From IMG/VR virus record IMGVR_UViG_3300013121_000021: 64,000 bases of DNA. One strand, 5' to 3'. Within the stretch, counting starts at the first letter, position 1. Each line of letters starts with the position of its first letter. Under the pieces are notes generated by a model. That model was given only the letters and a program-made list of their open reading frames with translations, made no database searches and had not been told where the DNA came from. A program made the position numbers and the translations under genes. The DNA is from an uncultured virus (IMG/VR IMGVR_UViG_3300013121_000021) (taxonomy: Duplodnaviria > Heunggongvirae > Uroviricota > Caudoviricetes). Shown piece after piece: positions 21,962 through 32,000 of the stretch.

Positions 21962-22687
21962 TTAGTTGTTAGTATTATTTATTTCAGATCTTTTATACTT
22001 ATTTTGATTCTTATATTTATTAAGACCATATAAACCTAATCCGGCACCACCAATACCAGCTGCAGCTGCAATTTTAGCCGCCTTTCTTGTTTTTTCCATT
22101 TTCTCATTATGTTCATCTGTTTTATCTTTTAATTTTTTAGCTCCATATATAGCTCCGCCTCCTAATATAGCAGCACCTAATATTGCATCTTCTACTTCAC
22201 GATTTTGTCTCATTCTTTCAGTACTTCGGTTAATAAAATCTTCTTTAGTACGATTCCAAAATTCATTATTATTTGTATAGTCTCTATTAGTACGTTCTCT
22301 AGCACGTTTAAAAATATCATCAAAATCGCTAAATCCACTATTATAATTAAATCCAGATTCAGAGTTTGATCTATTTTTATTTGGTTTTGGATCATAAATC
22401 CCTTGTTTAATAGCTTCACTTTTTTCAGCATGGGCACGCTTATGAGCTGCGCGCAATCTAGCTTTTACACCTCCTGACATATCTGGAGGAATAGGTTTTC
22501 CTGTTTTCTTTGCTTGTCGTTTAGCATGAGCTAATTGATTTGCAGATGTAAAAAGATCTAATGTTCTTTTACCAAAAACTTTCCCAGGAATAACTTTACC
22601 ATATTTATCTAAGGTAGTTCCTAATTTTCTTTGAATAAAATCATTACTTATTTCATTTAATAAACTTTTAATTTCAGTTATTATCAT
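21962..22687 (-). CDS. Basic hypothetical protein with leader and two Gly/Ala-rich hydrophobic segments
   Basis: Starts MIITEIKSLLNE; AILGAAILGGGAIYG and AAAAGIGGAGLGLYG segments. Confidence 0.65.
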   Translation of the reverse strand: MIITEIKSLLNEISNDFIQRKLGTTLDKYGKVIPGKVFGKRTLDLFTSANQLAHAKRQAKKTGKPIPPDMSGGVKARLRAAHKRAHAEKSEAIKQGIYDPKPNKNRSNSESGFNYNSGFSDFDDIFKRARERTNRDYTNNNEFWNRTKEDFINRSTERMRQNREVEDAILGAAILGGGAIYGAKKLKDKTDEHNEKMEKTRKAAKIAAAAGIGGAGLGLYGLNKYKNQNKYKRSEINNTNN

Positions 22688-22703
22688 AATTAATTATCCT
22701 TAT

Positions 22704-23105
22704 TTAATTTAGAGCTGGAATTAATCTGCGGGCTTGTAATTGTCGTGTTTTATCTGCTTTATTTAATCCAGAAAGAATACTTGTAGCAGCAGTGACCCCA
22801 CCATGTCCAGGAATAAAATCCGCAGCTACTTTTACTGGATTTACCTTTTTTCTATCCACAATTGTTCTAATATTTTTTGTTATTGCAGGATAATCCATTC
22901 CTAGTACTCCTTGACTAACAATTGATTTAACATTTGGTTTTATTTCTCTACCAATAGTTTTTATTGTATTTATTCTATTAGATCTATTTAATAGTAACGG
23001 AATATGTTTTAAAGTATTTACCGTTCTTTTAATATTTGCATTAACTTTGGTTAATGTTGATATTTCTTCAATTAAATTATTTATTTCTAATAATAAATTA
23101 CTCAT
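22704..23105 (-). CDS. Hypothetical protein with N-terminal leader
   Basis: Starts MSNLLLEINNLIEE. Confidence 0.65.
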   Translation of the reverse strand: MSNLLLEINNLIEEISTLTKVNANIKRTVNTLKHIPLLLNRSNRINTIKTIGREIKPNVKSIVSQGVLGMDYPAITKNIRTIVDRKKVNPVKVAADFIPGHGGVTAATSILSGLNKADKTRQLQARRLIPALN

Positions 23106-23163
23106 TTTTACTTATTTTCATATATATATTATATTATGTTATTAACTTAAATTTATCAATATT

Positions 23164-23667
23164 ATGTATGATCCTTATAGTAACCCTTTTAATGCTATTA
23201 ATAAATACAATATTGCAAAATTTGCTCATATTATATTTATTGATCCTCATGATCGTTATAATTCAATATATGGATTTGTTATTCCTAAATTTTACAAATT
23301 CAATATGAGAGATGAATATGACGATAAAGATATAAGAAATTATTTAAAACTTATAATACCCAATACTTGGGAAAAAGCATCTATAACTTCTATTACAGGA
23401 AAAATTAAATGGAAACCTAATAAAAAAAGATCAACAATATGTATTTTTGCTCAACCACATGATGAAATTGAAAATACTCTACTACACGAATTAATTCATG
23501 TAGTAGATATTTCAAGGTGTCCTAATATTGCAGCATATGATAATATAGAAGATCCTCATAATACAAATATTTGGAATGAGTTCAAACACATATTGGATAA
23601 AAATTGTAGAGAACAATCTTATTCAAATTATATAAATGAACTTATTGAAACACGTTATAAGTATTAA
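23164..23667 (+). CDS. Putative zincin-like metallopeptidase
   Basis: TLLHELIH (HExxH) plus a downstream His; promoter-like motif variant at 23120-23134. Confidence 0.55.
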   Translation: MYDPYSNPFNAINKYNIAKFAHIIFIDPHDRYNSIYGFVIPKFYKFNMRDEYDDKDIRNYLKLIIPNTWEKASITSITGKIKWKPNKKRSTICIFAQPHDEIENTLLHELIHVVDISRCPNIAAYDNIEDPHNTNIWNEFKHILDKNCREQSYSNYINELIETRYKY

Positions 23668-23669
23668 TA

Positions 23670-25463
23670 TTACTTACAAGAAAAGATAGTTCCATAAATA
23701 GATATTTCCCACAAAGAATATCCGTATGGAGTTATTCGTTTAACTCCATTTATTTTGACATATCTTGCAACTCCATTTATTGAATACTCTTCTGTTCCGC
23801 CAATACCATTAGTTACATTATATAAATCAAACCAATTTATATTATCAATAGATCCTTGAATTTTATATTCTTTAGCTGCAGCAGCTTCCCATTGTAAACT
23901 AATTTTATTTAATGAATACCATGCACCTAAATCAATTGAAATCCATTGTGGATCAGAAAATTGACTTGACCATCTAGTATTAAGTATCCCATCAACTACA
24001 TTTTTAGCTAATAAACTTGTTGACTCATCACTAGAGCTTGTTACAATTTTATTTAATGATAGACTTGGTGTGACTGGTGTAACTGGTGTAGAAGAACTAA
24101 TTTCAATAGGACCAATTGTCGGTGTAGCTGAACGAGTCTTACCATTAATATCAACTGGAACTTGTATTAATTTTAAAGCTTTATCAATTGCTGGTGATCC
24201 AGTTCCAGGAGTAAACCAAGCTATCGTATTAGCTGTACCTGTTTTAGAAATCTTTGGATCAGCTATAATATCACCAGACCCTAAAGTAATCCCTGGTGAT
24301 TTACTCCATATATTATTAGATAAAATATATCCTAAAGTTGATCCTATAAATATTGGAGTAGAATCTTCCTGTATAGCAATATTATTTCGAAACTGAACAT
24401 TAGATACACCAGATCCATTAAATGCTATGGTATTTGGTCCACCACCTCGTCCACCTCGACCATTCATAAATAAGTTATTTGCTATAAGTGAATCTTTAAA
24501 TTGATTGATCCCACCACCTGTAAAGTAAACAAATGGATAAGCTGTACCTAATACAATATTATTGATAATTGTTATATTGGTGAGACCTTTAGGATTAACT
24601 GTATATTCATTAGATATACCTAGTCCACGAGCAGGTATGCCAAATAATTGATCACTAATATTAGTAGCATATACTAAATTACTATCGACTAATACATCAT
24701 TACTATCATCAACATATAAGTTAACTGCCATATTATCATGTATAGTATTTTTATATACTTTTACATTTGAGGCTTTCATTATATCAAGACCTTCACCGTA
24801 ATTCTCATATATATCATTATATTGAATTACAGATCCTGTAGGTATTGATGTTGATCCATGAAGAGCTGCTACTATAACCCCATTTGGCCACATAGTAGGC
24901 CATCCTGGGACTTTAGGTTTTACTGATAATCCAGATTTTGATACTTTAGAATATTCAAGAATATTATAATTTCCATTAAATACCACACCTTGTTCCCAAG
25001 AATCATGTATATTACACTTACTAAACTTTACATTTGATCCAGATACATATACATTATATCCACCGGCCTTAACTCCAGTAAGATTCATATTACGGATTTC
25101 AAATCCAATAATATAAATATAATTTCCAGTTACTGTAATTAAATTTTGCCAGTCTCCTGTTGTTTGATTATTACCATCAATAATAGGAGATTCATTATTA
25201 TAATTAATAATAGTGATTGGAGAAGAAGAAGTTCCAGATTTCCAAATATTAATTTTTTCGTTATAAATTCCATTTCGAACTTGTATAATATCTCCAGCAA
25301 CTGCTTTATTAATTCCAGCAGAGATTGTTTTTAACGGCGTAGTAATAGTAGTTCCATTATTATTATCATTTCCAGTACTAGAGATAATATAAGTTGTCGC
25401 TAAACTAGATGTTGAAAATACAAATAATAAACTAAAAATAATTTTATTCAATCTAAACCTCAT
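23670..25463 (-). CDS. Secreted right-handed beta-helix (DUF1565/pectate-lyase-like) protein with C-terminal F5/8 type C (discoidin) domain
   Basis: Signal peptide; GNDNNNGT...PLKTI..G...A.AGD.I.VR.G.Y; parallel beta-helix repeats; VDG..NTRWSS...PQWI.IDLG...YSLWEI. Confidence 0.85.
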   Translation of the reverse strand: MRFRLNKIIFSLLFVFSTSSLATTYIISSTGNDNNNGTTITTPLKTISAGINKAVAGDIIQVRNGIYNEKINIWKSGTSSSPITIINYNNESPIIDGNNQTTGDWQNLITVTGNYIYIIGFEIRNMNLTGVKAGGYNVYVSGSNVKFSKCNIHDSWEQGVVFNGNYNILEYSKVSKSGLSVKPKVPGWPTMWPNGVIVAALHGSTSIPTGSVIQYNDIYENYGEGLDIMKASNVKVYKNTIHDNMAVNLYVDDSNDVLVDSNLVYATNISDQLFGIPARGLGISNEYTVNPKGLTNITIINNIVLGTAYPFVYFTGGGINQFKDSLIANNLFMNGRGGRGGGPNTIAFNGSGVSNVQFRNNIAIQEDSTPIFIGSTLGYILSNNIWSKSPGITLGSGDIIADPKISKTGTANTIAWFTPGTGSPAIDKALKLIQVPVDINGKTRSATPTIGPIEISSSTPVTPVTPSLSLNKIVTSSSDESTSLLAKNVVDGILNTRWSSQFSDPQWISIDLGAWYSLNKISLQWEAAAAKEYKIQGSIDNINWFDLYNVTNGIGGTEEYSINGVARYVKINGVKRITPYGYSLWEISIYGTIFSCK

Positions 25464-25504
25464 TTTATATAGATATTACATATAATAATTCTAGGAGAAC
25501 TCAA

Positions 25505-25813
25505 ATGAACACTAAACCTCAAGTCCGGATTGTTAATGATAATGGAACAATTAACTGGTACCAAAATGACAAACTACATCGAGAAGATGGTCCTGCAGTT
25601 GAGTATCCAAATGGTAAAAAGAAATGGTATCAAAATGGAAAATTGCATCGAGAAGATGGTCCTGCAATAGAAGATGTTGATGGATATAAATCTTGGCATT
25701 ATAATGGAATACTTCATCGAGAAGATGGCCCAGCATTTGAAGATATTGATGGAACAAAAGAATATTGGATAAATGGAAAACTATTAACTGAAGAAGAATT
25801 TAACAAAAAATAA
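25505..25813 (+). CDS. LHREDGPA-repeat (MORN-like) protein
   Basis: Three W..NGxLHREDGPA repeats; AGGAG RBS; promoter-like motif at 25467-25481. Confidence 0.8.
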   Translation: MNTKPQVRIVNDNGTINWYQNDKLHREDGPAVEYPNGKKKWYQNGKLHREDGPAIEDVDGYKSWHYNGILHREDGPAFEDIDGTKEYWINGKLLTEEEFNKK

Positions 25814-25826
25814 TTTTAATAAATTT

Positions 25827-25855
25827 AAAATCGCGGCCACTATGACCGCGATTTT
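25827..25855. terminator. Bidirectional intrinsic terminator
   Basis: AAAATCGCGG...CCGCGATTTT between convergent genes. Confidence 0.7.
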
Positions 25856-25862
25856 ATTTATT

Positions 25863-26045
25863 TTATCTGGGCTGTAATAAACTTGGAAGTTCAAAAGAGA
25901 TATGATTTACAAAATGATAATTTGAAGAATAATACTCTCTTTTTAATTCTTCTAATACCTTCAACCCATCATCTATCACCATAAGATCTGTTAATCTTAT
26001 TTGTTCTAACACATCTATTGTTCTTTTAAGAAGATCAGTTGTCAT
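25863..26045 (-). CDS. Hypothetical protein
   Basis: 60-aa ORF in operon position. Confidence 0.45.
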   Translation of the reverse strand: MTTDLLKRTIDVLEQIRLTDLMVIDDGLKVLEELKREYYSSNYHFVNHISFELPSLLQPR

Positions 26046-26065
26046 AATTATACTTTACTTAAACC

Positions 26066-29000
26066 CTAATTCCAAACATCATTCATCTTATATTTTATAA
26101 TATAAGATGGTGCTGTCCTCCAAATACCATTTTGTTTTATTTTTACTGTATTTAGTGCCACCCATTGGTTATTAATATTAATCTTAGGTTTACTTGAATA
26201 TATTAATACTGGACTATTAAATTCAAGTGTTACATTACTATATAAACCAGATGATTCTATTGTTGCTTTTACTTTTGGAAATTCAAGATATTCATATTCA
26301 GGATAATAAGATTTATCCGTTATACCCCATTGATCATATGTTGAGAATGAATTTGGAGTTTCCCAAATATTATAAATACTAACATCCTTATTGTAGCTAT
26401 TTTCTATTTTTGCTTGCCACCATTGTAATTGTTGCTTATATAGATTATAAACTGTATCTAATCCATCTTCTCCAAATTTTAGTTGAGCAATAGCTTTAAA
26501 CATATATGGTGATGGGCCTGGACAACCAAATCCACCTTCATAAAAACAGAAAGTAGGTCTGACTGGATCTCCATTTAAATCATTTCCTAATTCACCATTA
26601 TTATTTAATAATGTATCAAAATGATAGCCTTCATTAGTTTTAAACTCTTCTAATCCTATCCAAGCATGTGGAATCACTTCTTCTAATGTCCACTGATAGG
26701 GTAAAGGAGCATGTATTTCTTCAATATGCTTTATTTCTGGACTCAACATATCTGCAAAATAAGCATTTGAACCAATTACATCATATGGAATACCATCAAT
26801 ATCTTTTGTATATTGAACGGCGTATTTCCAAACATCTATTGCTACCGAAGGGTTTGCACTAATTGTACTTAATACTCTTAAAAATCTTCTTTGTTGGGTT
26901 TTAGGATCATCCCATAATTTAACAGGATATAATCTAGCATGTTCGCCACTAAATACGGAGTCCCAAATAGCAAATACTCTTTGAGATAACATAGCGTATG
27001 CTTTTAAATGAGAATCCCAACTTAAATTTGCAGCATTAGGATCTGGTTCAATATTAAATTTATCAGCATATAAATTTAACCACCAACCAGTGCCTAAACC
27101 ACCATTCCATTGTTCATTTCCAAATTCAGCATATATTCGTAAATTAGGATTTAAATTATCTCTAAATATTTTAGCTATTTCTAATTGATAATCATCAGGT
27201 GCAGCAGGATGTAAATTTATCCAACAATCAGTATTTGTTTTATTACATTGTTCAATAATTATTTCCCATGGTATATTACTATCTGCGCCTGACCATGATA
27301 CATCATCAATATAACCTCGTTCAGATATATCTCTCGAAATAGCCTGAAATGTATTTCCTTTACACCAATCTAAATATCTAATACATTTAAAATATTTTAA
27401 TCTATCTAACCATTCTGGATAAAATACTTCACCAGAATCTAATAGACTCTCATATTTTTCTTCTACTAACCTAATATTTCTAATATGATTATCTGGATTA
27501 GTAGATGATATTACAATTAAAAAACCAGATTGTGCTTGGGTCCAATTCGGTGTTGGTATATCTGATCCTAAAGCATATTTAATATGAACAGGATCTCCAT
27601 TTGATGTATTACCAGAACAATCTATATCATAAACTATTCTATTAGAAGAACTAGATATTTCTGTAACTGGATATGGGCCTGCTGAAAGTCCTACAGTATT
27701 ATTCATATGAATAGTACCTTCACCATCCCATTTTAATACATATCTACCACTTGGCATTACAGGATGATTCATTTGACCAGCGACATAATTCCAAGGTGCT
27801 GATAAACGATAACTAATACATGATAATTGATAACCTGTTGGAATATATCTTGGATACCCATTTTCATCCATATTTAAATCTGAATGAGTATCAATAACTT
27901 CTTTTTTAATATAATAAAAATCATTGATATCTGAACTTCCAATAGTAGGCGTATCTATTTCAATATATACTTTATTATTGATATCATCTACGGTTGCGGA
28001 TACAAATTTTGTATTATTTGCTATATTTGTACCCAAAACAGTTTTATCAAATAAGTCTGCTCCAAATAAAGAAGGCCACCCACTACTTGATTTAGAAACT
28101 GTTAATATAGTATCACCAGATTCAAATTCGACATTAGATAATACTATTCTAGTATCAAAACAATCCCATCTACTATCTATTCCATTTCCATTAACAGATG
28201 CATCTCGATATAACCACCAACCTTGAACTGGAGTTTTTGGCCAAACCCCATAATAATCTACAGAACTTCTATATCTTCCAGCATTAGATACTTTTAATAA
28301 ATTTAAAAATATTCTAGCTGTACTAAAAAAATGATTACCAGTTACATTTATACCTACATTGTGTTGTGGAGTTTCAGATATTGATTTTATTGGGAACGGC
28401 TGAATTTCTATATCGCCGCTTATATATTCTAATGTAGGATAAAAAACTTGACTTCTATTTTCAATAGGAATTATTGGATAATTTGGAACATATAAAAAAT
28501 CAGCATAATAAACATCAGGGGTTGTTCCTTCATTAATCATTAAACCATATAATAAAGAAGATGTCCAAATTGGCGCCCATGGTTCATAAGCAGGATCTGG
28601 ATTACCATTTAATTGTGGTTGATATGGTTGATTAATAGATATTTTTAATCCAATTGAACCATATGAAAATGTTAATGGATTAGATGTTCCTGGTCTTGCC
28701 GTTTCTGTTAAGGTATATTGCATACCTTTAGTAGCTTTAAACGAATAACTTAATCTGGTCCAAGTATTTGGATATATTGGCATACTTTGAGATAATCTAA
28801 AAGTATTATCAAATATTCTTGGACCGCCATAAATAGCAAGATCACCAGAAAATACAAATCCTACACCTACTGGTTTAGTTATATCTTGTGTTATAGTAGT
28901 ATTAGGATAATCAGGATCAATAAAACTACTCGCCATATTAATTGAAAAGTAATATTGATTAGATCTCCAATCTGTTGTTAGCGTATTATAATTTTTATGT

Positions 29001-32000
29001 ACTCTAGTTATTTTTCTTCCAGTAGTATCAGTTATTACTACAGCTAATCCTACTAAATCACCAACAACATTATTATCTAATGCATAAACTAATTGATTTT
29101 CAGCATTAATAAAAGAATATTCGGAAGCTAATCTTAACCAAAATTGAGCACCATAACTTGTAAATTCACTATTATATGGAATTTCTTGATATACAACTAC
29201 AGAATTTTTTGTTCTAGTTAATATATCAGATAGATTAGTTGCAACATTAAGATCATATATTTGATAATCTTCCGTTACCCAAAATGATGAAGAAGAATTA
29301 TCACTTATTGCTTTAATTTTATCAGCTCTTCTATCTACTAATATTTTATCAGCTGGAATTACATCTGGTATTCCTAAATCACCAATCGTAGGGTAAGTTC
29401 CAGTTATTTCACTTACTGGTATTTGTATAGAACCGTTTAAAAATTTCCAACTTGAATGACTAAAATTACCTTGTGAATTAGCTACTTCTATACCATTAAA
29501 CCAAGTACCACTTGGTATAATATTAAAAAAAGCAGTTGTTTCTAAATATTTAGCTTTAATCCATATAGATACAGTATAATCCACACCTTCAACTAATGTT
29601 GTAGGCATTGGCCAAAGTATAGAAACCCCAGAATATCCATTTAATTTATTAGGATCAGATGATCCTTGTAATAAATCAGAATGATACCCATCTGGATTTG
29701 GATTATATATTGGATCATTAGGTGTTAAATCTTGATTGGCTATTATAGTTGATCCACTATTTTCAACTAAATAATATCCTAATTCATCATTTATTAAAAC
29801 ATCAAAAGTATTTCCATATGGAATAGCATGTTTACCTAATCTTGTAAATGTTGCTAATCTAAATGGATCAAATGGTGAATAAATCAAATCTCCATTTGAA
29901 TTCAATTCATTAATATCTGGATAAAAAAATTCAAGATTGGAATCAATATAATTACCAGTTGGAATACTTAATGAATCATAAATAAATAAATATGGTTCTA
30001 CAAAATCATATAAAGATGTTCCTACTACTAAAGAAGCTCCATATAAATATAGATTAGCATTAGCAGCAATATAAATACTTAATTCACCATTAGAACCTAA
30101 AACAGGATCTGGAATATTTCCAGGAATAGTAAAAGTCCAATTATATCTTTCATACCCATCAGTAGATGGATAAACATAAATTGCATAATTTATAAACCCA
30201 ATTATATTATTTGGATCCCACCAAACAACACCAGTAGGTTCTGTCCATAATCTTAATGCGAAACCATCTGAACCTGAATTTCTTTTTGAATAAACAGAAA
30301 ATGTATAAGTATAATTTGGTTGTAAATAAACATCTAATTTTAATCCACCATATGATAAATCATCAGATACTATTCTATCTGCTAAATTAGATGTTCCAAA
30401 TGGATTTATATCATTATCTCTATAAACTGTATATCCAGGAGTTGCTGGTAGATTAGATGGTGTATATCTCCATCCTTGAAAATTTAAACCTAAATTATTT
30501 TTTATTAAATTATAATCAACAAATCCATATCTTGTTGGGTCGAACGGCAGAGTTAAAGGATTACCATTAATATCTAATTCATCAATAGAACAATCAAAAA
30601 ATTCTAATGAAGAATCTATTGTATCTACATCATAAGTATATAATATTCGATCTTTAAATATAGTATCTGTTGTATCTAACCATGCTCCAAATAGAACTAA
30701 TTGGCTTAAAGTTGGATTATTATCTGGTGAACCAGTTATTCTTATTGCAATTTTAGTTGGCGTATTAGCATCTAAATTTACTGGAGTTGTAAATTGCCAT
30801 GTATATAATGTCCAATCACCAGGTATAGGACTTGTATATACTTCTGTAGGATTAGTTCCAGTATTTCCTACTCCTGGCCAATAAACACTACCAAAAGTAC
30901 TATCTTGATTTAATCTAAAAGAAAATTCACAAAATTTACCAACTGGAATAAGAGTCCATATCTTAAAATAATATTCAGTATTAGGTTGTATTGTAACTTC
31001 GGTTTCTAATCCACCATAAGCATTTGCATCTGCTTTAACTAAATCTGCTAAATTTGAATTACTTAAAGGATCCAGATAAACATCTTTTTCAATAATATAC
31101 CCTTGATTTGGCGAAATCCTATGATTCCATTTATCAAAAGATGTTCCAAATTGTAATAAAGGAATAAAATCTGTATCTAATATCCAACTCTGTTCAATAT
31201 TAAGATCACCTAATTGATCTCCAACTACATTTATTTTATATGTTTGTTCGAATAATAGATCACTCATATTACTTATAATTTGTCTAAAAAATGCACATGT
31301 TGGTATTTGAAAACTCGAATTATATCTGCTTATTCCTTTTGTAATTCTAATACTATCAATATATCCATACCAATTAGTATTACTGATTTTTAATGTTCCA
31401 GGACAAGTTATAGCAGACGCATATGAAACAAAACTATATCCAACACCATCTATATACAATCTTAAATTCCCAGCAACTCTAGTTAAAGCTAAATGATGCC
31501 ATTCTAATGCTCTTATTGTTACAGATGTTGTTGCTCTAATAGAATTAGATGTAAATGTTGTTATTGTTCCTTGTTGAAAAATTTGTAGTCCAGTATCAGT
31601 TGATATAGATCTAGTATCAAATATAGTTCTTAATGTAGCTCCAGTTTCTAATGATTTATACCAAAATTCAATAGTAAAATCATTAGTTCCAAAATCAAAA
31701 TCAATACTTGAAGGGCTATATATTTGATCTCCAGATCCATCAAAATATAATGAAGTATTTCCAAATTTCTTATCTGTAGATACTAATGAAGATTGTCCTA
31801 CTACAGTAAATTCATGATTTTTTTCATCAATTATATCACCTTCCATTGGCATAAATAAAACTACATTATTCCAATAGGGATCATATGGAGTTTCAGAATA
31901 ACTAGGATTATCAAAAGTAATTAAATTTGGATCAAAATTTGAAGTATAATTAGCTTGACCTATTAATACTCTAATACTATCTAAATACCAATCTGGATAT

